Source: Acidobacteriota bacterium (lineage in GTDB: Bacteria > Acidobacteriota > Thermoanaerobaculia > Multivoradales > UBA5704). From it: DNA of 64,000 bases. The stretch lies in NCBI GenBank assembly GCA_034666985.1, contig JAXDKS010000012.1, positions 23,714-87,713 on the forward strand. Reading direction: 5' to 3'. The translations under genes were made by a program, and so were the position numbers. The notes below the pieces were generated by a model. That model was not told where the DNA came from and did not search any database. It saw only the letters and a program-made list of their open reading frames with translations. Shown one piece after another: positions 36,600-45,397 of this stretch. Every line of letters begins with the position of its first letter. Position 1 is the first letter of the stretch.

Positions 36600-38630
36600 T
36601 CAGGGCGTCCAGCGCCAGGCGCCCTGACTGCGAAAAGCTGCGAGGAGAGCCGTGGGATCCCCGGGATCGAGCGCGATCGCCGGAGCGTCGAGGTCCGGCG
36701 CACCGGCCAGGAGCGTCCACTGGGCTCCGCCGTCGAGGCTGCGATAGATCCCGGCGCCGGCCGTCGCCGCGTACCAGGTCGCGGACCGCGCATCGTAGAG
36801 CAACTGGGGGATCGCCACGTCGTCCGGCAGGCCGCTGCCGGTGAGGAGCCAGTGAGCGCCGCCGTCCTGGCTGACGAAGAGCCCTCCGTCGGTCCCGGCC
36901 AGCAGCCGGCCTTCGACCTTGGGATCCGGGACCAGCGCCAGGGCCGGGAGATCGGCCGTCACCACATGCCAGGTGAGGCCCGCATCCTCGGATCTGAAGA
37001 TGGAGGTCTGCGGGAAAGGGAACGTGGGGAGCCCGAACGCGATCCATTGCCGGTTCGGATGGAAGGGGTCGACGGCATAGGCGTTGGCGAGGATCCTGGG
37101 ACAGACGTCGATGGACGCGTAGTGGCCGCAGGCGATGGGCAGCCCGTCGCTCGACCGGCGCCAGGTGGCGCCGCGGTCCGGGCTGATCCAAAGCGCGATC
37201 TTGCCGGAATTCTCGTCCGCTTCGAATACCAGGAGAGCCACGAACTGCGGCTGCGTCTGGTTGGCCCGCAATCCAGCCAGGCTGGTCCCGAATCCAAAGA
37301 AACGCGGGGCAGGCGCCGACGGCGAGAGGTTCCAGGTATTGCCCGCATCCGGGCTCCAGAGCACGCCGCGCGAGTCCACGGCGACGAGGGCAGAGCCCCC
37401 GGCGCCGGCCACGGCAGTGGGCTGCTGCCGGGAGAGCATCTCCCAGTCGCGGCCGTTAGGGCTGCGAGACAGGATGTTGAGCTCGGTGCCGCTCGGCGGC
37501 GTGTTCAGCCCGAACAGCGAGCCCTGAGCGACGAAGCCGCGGCGCAGCTCGCCGGTGGCGATCCCGCGATCGGCTGGACTCCAGGTGCGCCCGCCGTCGC
37601 GGCTTACGGAAATGCCTTTGCCTTCGGCGGCGTTGCTGATGGAGGTGTAGAGAACGCTGCCGCCGGCCGCCACGACGCCAAGGGCCGGCAAGGGGAACGG
37701 GCGCGACCAGCGCCGGCCACCATCCTGCGATTCCATCAACACCTCGAGCCTGGAAACGCGCGTGTAGACTTCGGCGGCGACCCAGACGTGCCGGGCGTCC
37801 CGCGGGTCGATGGCGACGGCGGTACACGAGGAATGGGCGGAGGGGATGGGCGGGTAGGCCAGGGTCTGCCAATGGGCGCCGGCATCGTCGCTGCGAGTCA
37901 CGCAATGGCCCAGACCGAAAGGCAGGCCGTAGAGGACGTCGGGAGCCGACGGCGCCACGCTCCCGCCCGCGAAGCCGCCGCGACGGAACGGGCGGCTGCG
38001 GACGTGCCAGGTCTGGCCGCCGTCGGCGCTGAATTCGAGCCCCTTCTCATCGAAGGACAGGAGCTCGTCGCCCCGCAGATGGAGGAAGATGCCGTCGAAC
38101 CGCGAGCGGAGAGGAATGGAGGCGCCTGCCTTGAAGGTCGCGCCGCCATCCCGCGACACCGCCACGTGGGACTCGCTCCCGAGCTCGACCCGGTAGACGG
38201 TGCCGAGGTGCCGTGGGTCCGCCAGGAGCTGAGCCACGCGGGGCAGGGGATCGGTATCGGAAGGCGCCGTCGCGAACCGCTGGGCCCAGGAGCCGCCGGC
38301 GTCCGTGCTGCGCCAGAGCTGGCCGTCCACCGTCCAGGCCCAGAGGATCTGCGCGTCTGCCGGATCGACTCCCAGCGCGCTCACGGGGCGTTCGAGCCCG
38401 ATCTGGAGGCTGTGCCACGTCGAGCCGCCATCATCGCTGCGCCAGAGGTAGCTTCCCTCCGGTGCCGAGACCTGGGCGTAGACGACTTCAGGAGCATCGG
38501 CCGTGAGGATGGCACCGGGCCGCACCGGGCTGCCGAGAGGCAACCAGCCGGCCGAGACGGGTACGGACGTCGCGAGCGCGAGGACCGCGCAGAGCCAGCG
38601 ATGGATCCCGGACCTGTATTTCATCTTCAA
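36600..38630 (-). CDS. secreted BNR/Asp-box repeat beta-propeller protein
   Basis: At least 12 S-x-D-x-G-x-T-W repeats (SDDGGSTW, STDAGGSW, SRDGGRTW and others). Signal peptide. Confidence 0.8.
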   Translation of the reverse strand: MKMKYRSGIHRWLCAVLALATSVPVSAGWLPLGSPVRPGAILTADAPEVVYAQVSAPEGSYLWRSDDGGSTWHSLQIGLERPVSALGVDPADAQILWAWTVDGQLWRSTDAGGSWAQRFATAPSDTDPLPRVAQLLADPRHLGTVYRVELGSESHVAVSRDGGATFKAGASIPLRSRFDGIFLHLRGDELLSFDEKGLEFSADGGQTWHVRSRPFRRGGFAGGSVAPSAPDVLYGLPFGLGHCVTRSDDAGAHWQTLAYPPIPSAHSSCTAVAIDPRDARHVWVAAEVYTRVSRLEVLMESQDGGRRWSRPFPLPALGVVAAGGSVLYTSISNAAEGKGISVSRDGGRTWSPADRGIATGELRRGFVAQGSLFGLNTPPSGTELNILSRSPNGRDWEMLSRQQPTAVAGAGGSALVAVDSRGVLWSPDAGNTWNLSPSAPAPRFFGFGTSLAGLRANQTQPQFVALLVFEADENSGKIALWISPDRGATWRRSSDGLPIACGHYASIDVCPRILANAYAVDPFHPNRQWIAFGLPTFPFPQTSIFRSEDAGLTWHVVTADLPALALVPDPKVEGRLLAGTDGGLFVSQDGGAHWLLTGSGLPDDVAIPQLLYDARSATWYAATAGAGIYRSLDGGAQWTLLAGAPDLDAPAIALDPGDPTALLAAFRSQGAWRWTP

Positions 38631-38661
38631 AGCATACCGGATTTCGCCGGACTTGGCCGCG

Positions 38662-39891
38662 CTAGGCCCGGCCGCGCGACGATTTTTGTGAATACTCGGC
38701 GAGCTTGGCGTAGGCCTCTTCCAGGACCTCTTCCTGCGGCAGGAAGACGATCCGCACGTGATTCATGTCCGGCTGGCCGAAGCCCGAGCCGTGGACCATC
38801 ACGACCCCGTAGTCGAGGATCATGTCGCGCACCAGCTCGACGTCCGTCAGATCGCCCAGGGAGAAGCGGGGAAAAGCGTAGAACGCCCCACGGGGCGGCA
38901 CGCAGCTCCAGCCCGGGATGGCGTTGAGCCGCGCCACCGTGAGGTCGCGCCGGCGGCGGAGGATGGCGCTGACCTCCGCGAGGTGGGGGTTCGGCCCTTC
39001 GAGCGCCGGCTTGATGGCCCACTGCACGGGATGGCTCGCGCACAGACGCGCCCGCACCAGCCGCCCCATGGCGTCGATCAGCGGCGCCAGGGCATCCTCC
39101 GGACCGGAGAGGATCGTCCAGCCCATGCGCAGCCCCGGACCGAGCCACACCTTGGAGAGGCCGGCGAAGGTGGCCACCGGCACGTCGTCGCGCAGCGAGG
39201 CGGTGGAGACGAAGCCCGTGTCGCCGTCGATCAGCATGCGATCGTAGATCTCGTCGGAGAGGACCAGGAGCTGGTGCCGCGCCGCGATCTCCAGCAGCAC
39301 CTCCAGCGTCTCGCGGTCAGCCACCGATCCCGTGGGATTGTTGGGATTGATCACCACGATGGCGCGGGTGCCGGCATCCACCTGCCGTTCGATGTGGGCG
39401 AGGTCGGGCTGCCAGCCGTTCGACTCGTCGAGGTCGTAGGGCACGGGCCGGCCGCCGACCTTGGCCAGGACGGCCGAGTAGAGCGGGTAGCCGGGGCTCG
39501 GGACCAGCACCCCCTCGCCGGGCTCCAGCAGGGCGGTGAGCAGCAGCTCGATGGGCTCGGAGGCGCCATGGCCGATGAAGACCTCGCGCACGCCGCGGAT
39601 CCCCTTGCGCTCCTCGGCGTCGCGGCGGATGGCCTCGAGCGCCTCGGGGATGCCCTCGGAGGCGGAGTAGGAGGTCTTGTTGTCCCGCAGCGCCTTGACG
39701 ATGGCCTCGACCACCACCTCGGGGGTGCGGAAATCGAACTGGCAGGGGTCGCCGATGTTCAAGCTGATGATCTTGCGGCCGGCGGCCTCGGCCTGGCGGG
39801 CCAGGGCGACGACGTCGCGCACGGCGTAGGTGACGTCGTCGATCCGCCGGGCGGTGCGGATGGGAGGGAAGAGGGTGGTGGTAGCGCTCAT
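38662..39891 (-). CDS. PLP-dependent class I aminotransferase
   Basis: NPNNPTG and SKxW (LSKVWLGPGLRMGW) with a Lys-containing motif. 409 aa. Confidence 0.8.
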   Translation of the reverse strand: MSATTTLFPPIRTARRIDDVTYAVRDVVALARQAEAAGRKIISLNIGDPCQFDFRTPEVVVEAIVKALRDNKTSYSASEGIPEALEAIRRDAEERKGIRGVREVFIGHGASEPIELLLTALLEPGEGVLVPSPGYPLYSAVLAKVGGRPVPYDLDESNGWQPDLAHIERQVDAGTRAIVVINPNNPTGSVADRETLEVLLEIAARHQLLVLSDEIYDRMLIDGDTGFVSTASLRDDVPVATFAGLSKVWLGPGLRMGWTILSGPEDALAPLIDAMGRLVRARLCASHPVQWAIKPALEGPNPHLAEVSAILRRRRDLTVARLNAIPGWSCVPPRGAFYAFPRFSLGDLTDVELVRDMILDYGVVMVHGSGFGQPDMNHVRIVFLPQEEVLEEAYAKLAEYSQKSSRGRA

Positions 39892-39914
39892 GATGGGTCT
39901 CAGGGTGGGATTTC

Positions 39915-40913
39915 TCACAGGGCGGACGTGCCAGGCGGCACCAGCTCGTCGATGCGCGCCGCCTCCTCGCCGGTCAACTGGACGTCGAGAGCGCCCAGAC
40001 TGTCCTCGAGCTGCTCCAGGGTGCGCGGACCGATGATGACAGAAGTCACGGCCGGATGGCGCAGGGCCCAGGCATTGGCGAGGCGGGCGAGGGAGACCCC
40101 CTTCCGCTCGGCGAGGGGAGCGAGCTGCTCCACGACGTCGAGGCGGCGCTGGAACTTGGGGTTCCCGATGTCGCCGACCCAGGTCTCGGAGCGCGTGCTG
40201 TCCTTGGGGTTGCCGGTCTCGCGGCGGTACTTGCCGGAGAGCCAGCCGCCTTCGAGGGGGCTCCAGACGATGTTGGCGAGGCCGAGCTTCCGGGTCATGG
40301 GGAAGTGCTCCAGCTCCATCGCCCGGCGCAGGATGCTGTAGGGCGGCTGCAGCGAGACGAACCGCTCCCAGCCGTGCCGCTCGCTGATCCACAGGGTCTC
40401 CACGATCTCCCAGGCTGAGAAGCGCTTCTCCCACAGCGCCTCGCCGGCGTAGTGGTTGGTGGAGAGGCCGAGATAGCGCACCTTGCCCTGGCGCACGAGA
40501 TCCGTCAGTGTCGAGAGGGTCTCCTCCATGGGGGTCGTCGGGTCCGGACGGTGGATCTGATAGAGGTCGATCACGTCCGTGCCGAGGCGGCGCAGGCTGT
40601 GCTCCACCTGCTCCTGAATGGCCTTGCGGGAGAGCCCCCGCTGGTTGGGGCCGGGCCCCACGGGCGCCCACACCTTGGTGGCGAGCACAACCTCCTCACG
40701 GCGGTCCTTGAGAGCCTTGCCGACGATGATTTCGGACTCGCCTTCGGAGTAGCCATTGGCGGTGTCGATGAAGTTGATGCCAGCCTCCAGGGCGCGGTGG
40801 ATGATGCGGATGCTTTCGTCGTGGTCCGCGTTGCCCCACTTGCCGAACATCATCGCCCCCAGGCAGAGCGGCGAGACCTTGAGGCCGGTGTGACCCAGAT
40901 TCCGGTAGTCCAC
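39915..40913 (-). CDS. aldo/keto reductase
   Basis: GLKVSPLCLGAMMFG and IDTANGY signatures. Confidence 0.85.
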   Translation of the reverse strand: MDYRNLGHTGLKVSPLCLGAMMFGKWGNADHDESIRIIHRALEAGINFIDTANGYSEGESEIIVGKALKDRREEVVLATKVWAPVGPGPNQRGLSRKAIQEQVEHSLRRLGTDVIDLYQIHRPDPTTPMEETLSTLTDLVRQGKVRYLGLSTNHYAGEALWEKRFSAWEIVETLWISERHGWERFVSLQPPYSILRRAMELEHFPMTRKLGLANIVWSPLEGGWLSGKYRRETGNPKDSTRSETWVGDIGNPKFQRRLDVVEQLAPLAERKGVSLARLANAWALRHPAVTSVIIGPRTLEQLEDSLGALDVQLTGEEAARIDELVPPGTSAL

Positions 40914-40976
40914 GCTTTCAAACCCCCGTTCGAAGATGTCCGCCCGCCAGCGCGGTCATCCTATTATGATTACCCC

Positions 40977-43061
40977 CTACCCCGTCGCCTGGTATTCCGC
41001 CCGCCGGATGCGCTCGTCGACGCTGCCGTGGAGGATCATCTCCCGGCATTCGAAGGCGGGCAGGGGCGGGCTGAAGAGGTAGCCCTGGAAGCGGTGGCAG
41101 CCCAGGCCCTCCAGCCAGCGCCACTGCTCCAGGGTCTCCACCCCTTCGGCGATGACGCCGATCGCCAGGCTCACCGCCAGGGCGATCACCGCCGCGGCCA
41201 CCTCCTCGCTGCCGCGCCCCCGGCCGAGGGTGTGGACGAAGGAGCGGTCCACCTTCAGCGTGTCGATGGGGAAGGTGGTCAGGTAGGAGAGGGAGGAATA
41301 GCCGGTGCCGAAATCGTCGATAGCGATCCCGATGTCCAGGTCCTTGAGGTCGCGCAGCACGGCGAGCGTCGCTCCGGCGTTCTGCATGGCGAGCGTCTCG
41401 GTGATCTCCAGCACCAGGGCCGCGGGGGGGAGGCCCGTCTCCGCCAGCACGCCCTGGATGCGCTCCAGCAGGTCCGGCTGCTGGAAGGAGCGGGGAGAGA
41501 GGTTCACCGCCAGCCGCAGCTCCCCGGCCCCCGCCTGCCGCCACTCCTGGATCTCCCGGCAGGCGTGGCGCAGCACCCAGAGGTCCAGGGGCACGGCGAG
41601 GCCCGAGACGTCCGCGAGCCACAGGAACTCGCCCGGCGTCATCAGCCCGCGCACCGGGTGGCGCCAGCGCAGCAGCGCCTCGACCCCGTCGAGCACGCGG
41701 CGCCTGCCGTCGAGCACCGGCTGGTAGAAGAGCACCAGCTCGCCGGGTCCCTGAGCCAGGGCCTTGCGCAGGTCCGCCTCCAGGGAGAGCTGCTCCAGGG
41801 TGTTGGAGTCCATGCTGGCGGCATAGATCTGATAGTCGTCCCGCCGCGTCTCCTTGGCCCGGTACATGGCGATCTCGGCCCGCTTGAGGAGGTCCTCGGC
41901 GTTGTCGCCGTCCTCCGGGAAGCGGCTGATGCCCAGGCTCGCCGTCAGGTAGATCTCCCGTCCCTGGAGGGCGAAGGGGAGGCGGATGATCTCCAGCAGC
42001 TTCTCGGCGACGCGGAAGACCGCGGCCTCGCTCTCCGCCGACACGATCAGCACGGCGAACTCGTCCGCCGCCAGGCGCGCCAGCAGGTCGGCGTCCGGCA
42101 GGTGGGTGCGCAGCCGCTCGGCCACCGACTTCAGCAGCTCGTCGCCGTAGCGGTTGCCCAACGACTCGTTGACTTTCTTGAAGCGGTCGAGGTCGAGGAA
42201 GAGCACCGCCACCCGGTCGCCGCGGGCGGCCGTGCGCGCGAGAGCCGCAGCGAGCGACTGCACCAGCAGGTTGCGGTTCGGCAGGTCGGTGAGGACGTCG
42301 TGGTAGGCGAGGTGCTCGATGCGGTCCGAGGCGGCGAGCACCCGCTGCCGCTCGTCCTCCAGCAGCCAGACGACCATGCCGAGCCCGATCAGCGCCTCGA
42401 GCAGGAAGTCGAACGGACCCAGGTAGACGACGTAGGACAGGGACTGCGGCAGGATGCGCGGGGCCAGGAGGATCAGCAGGTAGTGGAGCTGATGCAGCCC
42501 GAAGAGCAGGAAGGAGCCCGCCACCAGGCCGCGTCCCATCCCCGGCGCGGGAGCGCGGCTGCGGCGGCGACTGCGGCGACTGCGCCAGACGCCCCAACTC
42601 GCGGCGAGGAACGCCACTCCCTGGAAGAGCAGGCGCAGGCCCACCCGCGCCAGCTCCCGCGAGTGGGAGTCGCTGCCGAGCGACGCGAAGACCGAGACCA
42701 GGGCGAGGAGGGCCAGAGCACCGAGCACGGCCGTCCACAGCCGCGCCGGAAGCTCCTGGCCGGTGACCACCTCCCAGGTGCCGAACAGCAGCAGGACCGC
42801 CTGCCAGTAGCCCGCCACCAGCCAGAGGATGGAGACGGCGAGGCGCAGCGGCACCGACGCTCCCATGTGGGAGGAGACGAGCAGCAGCGCCACGGCGCCG
42901 CCGGCCTGGGCCACGGAGAAGGCCCACCAGCTCCAAGCCCAGGTGAGGAGATAGTGCCGCCCGTAGGTACGGTAGAAGCCCACCAGCACCATCGCGAGGA
43001 CGACGGCGCCGAGGGCCTGGGCGAGATTGCTTGTGAAGATCACAAGCGTGCCGCTGACCAT
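40977..43061 (-). CDS. membrane sensor with degenerate GGDEF (AADEF) and EAL domain: probable c-di-GMP phosphodiesterase
   Basis: About 7 N-terminal TM helices. RLAADEF stands in place of GGDEF. The EAL domain has EALLRW, DDFGTGYSSLSYL and QGYLFS. Confidence 0.75.
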   Translation of the reverse strand: MVSGTLVIFTSNLAQALGAVVLAMVLVGFYRTYGRHYLLTWAWSWWAFSVAQAGGAVALLLVSSHMGASVPLRLAVSILWLVAGYWQAVLLLFGTWEVVTGQELPARLWTAVLGALALLALVSVFASLGSDSHSRELARVGLRLLFQGVAFLAASWGVWRSRRSRRRSRAPAPGMGRGLVAGSFLLFGLHQLHYLLILLAPRILPQSLSYVVYLGPFDFLLEALIGLGMVVWLLEDERQRVLAASDRIEHLAYHDVLTDLPNRNLLVQSLAAALARTAARGDRVAVLFLDLDRFKKVNESLGNRYGDELLKSVAERLRTHLPDADLLARLAADEFAVLIVSAESEAAVFRVAEKLLEIIRLPFALQGREIYLTASLGISRFPEDGDNAEDLLKRAEIAMYRAKETRRDDYQIYAASMDSNTLEQLSLEADLRKALAQGPGELVLFYQPVLDGRRRVLDGVEALLRWRHPVRGLMTPGEFLWLADVSGLAVPLDLWVLRHACREIQEWRQAGAGELRLAVNLSPRSFQQPDLLERIQGVLAETGLPPAALVLEITETLAMQNAGATLAVLRDLKDLDIGIAIDDFGTGYSSLSYLTTFPIDTLKVDRSFVHTLGRGRGSEEVAAAVIALAVSLAIGVIAEGVETLEQWRWLEGLGCHRFQGYLFSPPLPAFECREMILHGSVDERIRRAEYQATG

Positions 43062-43101
43062 GTGAAGCTATCTTAGTGCATCAGGAAGAGAGCAAGCGAA
43101 C

Positions 43102-44058
43102 CTACGAGCGCAACAGGAAGAATCCCGCCAGGGCCAGCGCGATCACCAGGACCGCGAGCCCGATCCAGACGAGCGTCTTCTTGCCGCTCCCCTCACCGCC
43201 CCGCAGCAGCGAGCCGGCTTCGCGGATCTCGGTGAGCACCCGCAGGCTCAGGGTCTCCTCCAGCCGCTCCAGGGCGGCCAGCAGGTCGTTCGCGCTGGCG
43301 TAGCGCTCGTCGGGCCGGCGCGCCAGGCAGCGCAGGGCCACCACGTCCACCTGCGGCGGCAGCTCGGGGTTGAGCTGGCTCGGCAGGCCGAGCTTGGGGC
43401 CGGGCGAGCGGCCGGTGAGCATCTCGTGGAAGATGGCGCCGGCGGAGTAGAGGTCCGCGCGGGCGTCGACCGCGGCGCTGCCCTCCAGGATCTCGGGCGC
43501 CAGGTAGTAGAGGGCGCCGAGGCGGATCTCGCCGGTGGAGAGCGTGGCCGTGAGGTTCTGGCCCGAGATCGACTCGAAGCCGCTGACCCCCAGGTCCGCC
43601 ACTTTGACGGTGGCGAAGTCGGGCGAGATCAGGACGTTGCGCGGCGTCAGGCTGCGGTGCAGTTGGCCGTGCTGATGGGCGTGGGCCAGCCCCCGGCAGA
43701 CGCCACGCATCACCGCGAAGGCCTCGGGCAGGGAGACGCGCCGCTGCTTCAAAACCCGATCGAGGGACGTCCCCTCCACCATCTCCATGGCGAGGTAGAG
43801 CTGCTCGCCGTGCTGGCCCGTCCCCAGGACGCGCACCAGGTGCGGGTGCCGGGTGATCGGGGCCACCGTGGCCAGCTCGCGGTGGAAGCGCTCCACCGTG
43901 GCGGGATCGCCCGTGAGGCGGGGCGGGAAGAGCTTGAGGGCCACGGGGCGGCCCTTGGGATCCTCCCCCCGGTAGACGGTCGACTGCCCGGCCTTGCCGA
44001 GCAGCTCGCGCACGCGGTAGGGACCGATGGCGTCAGGAATTGGAGGTGGCTGTGGCAT
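43102..44058 (-). CDS. membrane-anchored Ser/Thr kinase-like protein, predicted pseudokinase
   Basis: Kinase fold with VALK, E in alphaC and DLG. The catalytic loop reads HRSLTPRN, not HRDLKPxN (Asp and Lys missing). C-terminal TM. Confidence 0.6.
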   Translation of the reverse strand: MPQPPPIPDAIGPYRVRELLGKAGQSTVYRGEDPKGRPVALKLFPPRLTGDPATVERFHRELATVAPITRHPHLVRVLGTGQHGEQLYLAMEMVEGTSLDRVLKQRRVSLPEAFAVMRGVCRGLAHAHQHGQLHRSLTPRNVLISPDFATVKVADLGVSGFESISGQNLTATLSTGEIRLGALYYLAPEILEGSAAVDARADLYSAGAIFHEMLTGRSPGPKLGLPSQLNPELPPQVDVVALRCLARRPDERYASANDLLAALERLEETLSLRVLTEIREAGSLLRGGEGSGKKTLVWIGLAVLVIALALAGFFLLRS

Positions 44059-44070
44059 CGCTCTCGAAGA

Positions 44071-45366
44071 TCAGTTGACCTCAAAGATCATAACCGTGTC
44101 CCCGATCGCAATGCGATCGAAAGGCTTCAGAGCCGCCCGGGCCTCCAGCTTGCCGTTGACGCGGGTACCGTGGCTGCTGCCCAGATCGGTCATCACCCAG
44201 GAGCCGCCCTCCCAGGCGAGTTGGAGGTGCTCCTTGCTGGCGTTGGGATCGGTGAGTGGCAGGGCGCAGGCGCGGGAGCGGCCGACCAGGACCGGCTTGC
44301 CGCCGTCGAGGGCCACGGACCGGCCGCGCTCCGCCCCTTCGGCCACGTAGAGCCGGGCTGGCGGCGGGCCCTCCTGCGCCGCCTTCCGTGCCGCCGCGTG
44401 CCGTGGGTGCTCCGGCCGCGAGATCTCCAGCGTCTGGATGGGGTAGGGGATGACGATCCCTTCCTTGTGGAACTCCTCCCAGACGCGGGACCGCACGTCG
44501 CTCGCGATCTTCGGCCCCTGCGCCATGTCCTCGATCCAGATCCGCAGCTCGTAGAGGACGGCGCTGGGATCGAAGGAGAGGAGATAGACGTCCGGCGCCG
44601 GCTTGTCCAGCACCCCCATCACGGCGGCGGCGCAGTCGAGCAGCACCCGGCGCACGTGGTACGGCGGCTCGTCGAAGTGGGCCGCCACCTTGACCCGCTC
44701 CAGGTGCAGCGGGTGCGGATAGTAGAAGTTGAGCACCCGCTCGTCGGCCAGCTTGCTGTTGGGGATCACCAGGTTGTCGTTGTCCCGCGTCCGCAGGTGG
44801 GTGGTGCGCCAGGTGATGGCCATCACCCGCCCCTCCTGCTCGCCCACCCGGATCCAGTCGTTGATGCGGAACGGCTTTTCGACGCTGATCACCAGGCCGG
44901 CGAAGAAGTTGCCGAGGATCGGCTGCAGCGCGAGGCCCAGCACCAGCGAGGTGACGGCGCTGGTGGCGATGAGCGGCGCCACGTCCAGCCTGGGGAAGGA
45001 AATGCGCAGCGTCACCAGGGCGGTGACCAGGTAGACGAGCAGCATGGTCACCGCCGGCAGCAGCGGCGGCAGGCGCATCCCCCGGCGGGCCGTGAGGTGC
45101 ACCTCGAACAGGTACATCCCCAGGAGCCGGAAGACGGCGATCAACCCGAGGAAGAGACTGGCCCAGCCCAGGATCTCCGCCATCGCGGCCGACTGATAGG
45201 CGGGCTCGATGAGGCGGAAGACCTCCAGCGCCGCCACCCCGGCTCCCACGTAGAGCGGGAAGGCGAGCTGGCGCACCCAGAAGAAGCGCCGGCCGAACGC
45301 GGCCACGGCCACGATCAGCAGCGAGAGCAGGCCGGCGCTCCCCAGGACGGCGAGGGTCATCCGCAA
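44071..45366 (-). CDS. MscS-family mechanosensitive channel fused to C-terminal FHA domain
   Basis: TM helices plus the MscS beta-domain (GLVISVEKPFRINDWIRV). C-terminal FHA (GRSRACALPL...SKEHLQL...GSSHGTRVNG...IGDTVMIFE). Confidence 0.7.
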   Translation of the reverse strand: MRMTLAVLGSAGLLSLLIVAVAAFGRRFFWVRQLAFPLYVGAGVAALEVFRLIEPAYQSAAMAEILGWASLFLGLIAVFRLLGMYLFEVHLTARRGMRLPPLLPAVTMLLVYLVTALVTLRISFPRLDVAPLIATSAVTSLVLGLALQPILGNFFAGLVISVEKPFRINDWIRVGEQEGRVMAITWRTTHLRTRDNDNLVIPNSKLADERVLNFYYPHPLHLERVKVAAHFDEPPYHVRRVLLDCAAAVMGVLDKPAPDVYLLSFDPSAVLYELRIWIEDMAQGPKIASDVRSRVWEEFHKEGIVIPYPIQTLEISRPEHPRHAAARKAAQEGPPPARLYVAEGAERGRSVALDGGKPVLVGRSRACALPLTDPNASKEHLQLAWEGGSWVMTDLGSSHGTRVNGKLEARAALKPFDRIAIGDTVMIFEVN

Positions 45367-45397
45367 GACGGCACCTCCAAAGAGATCAGGAAGGATT

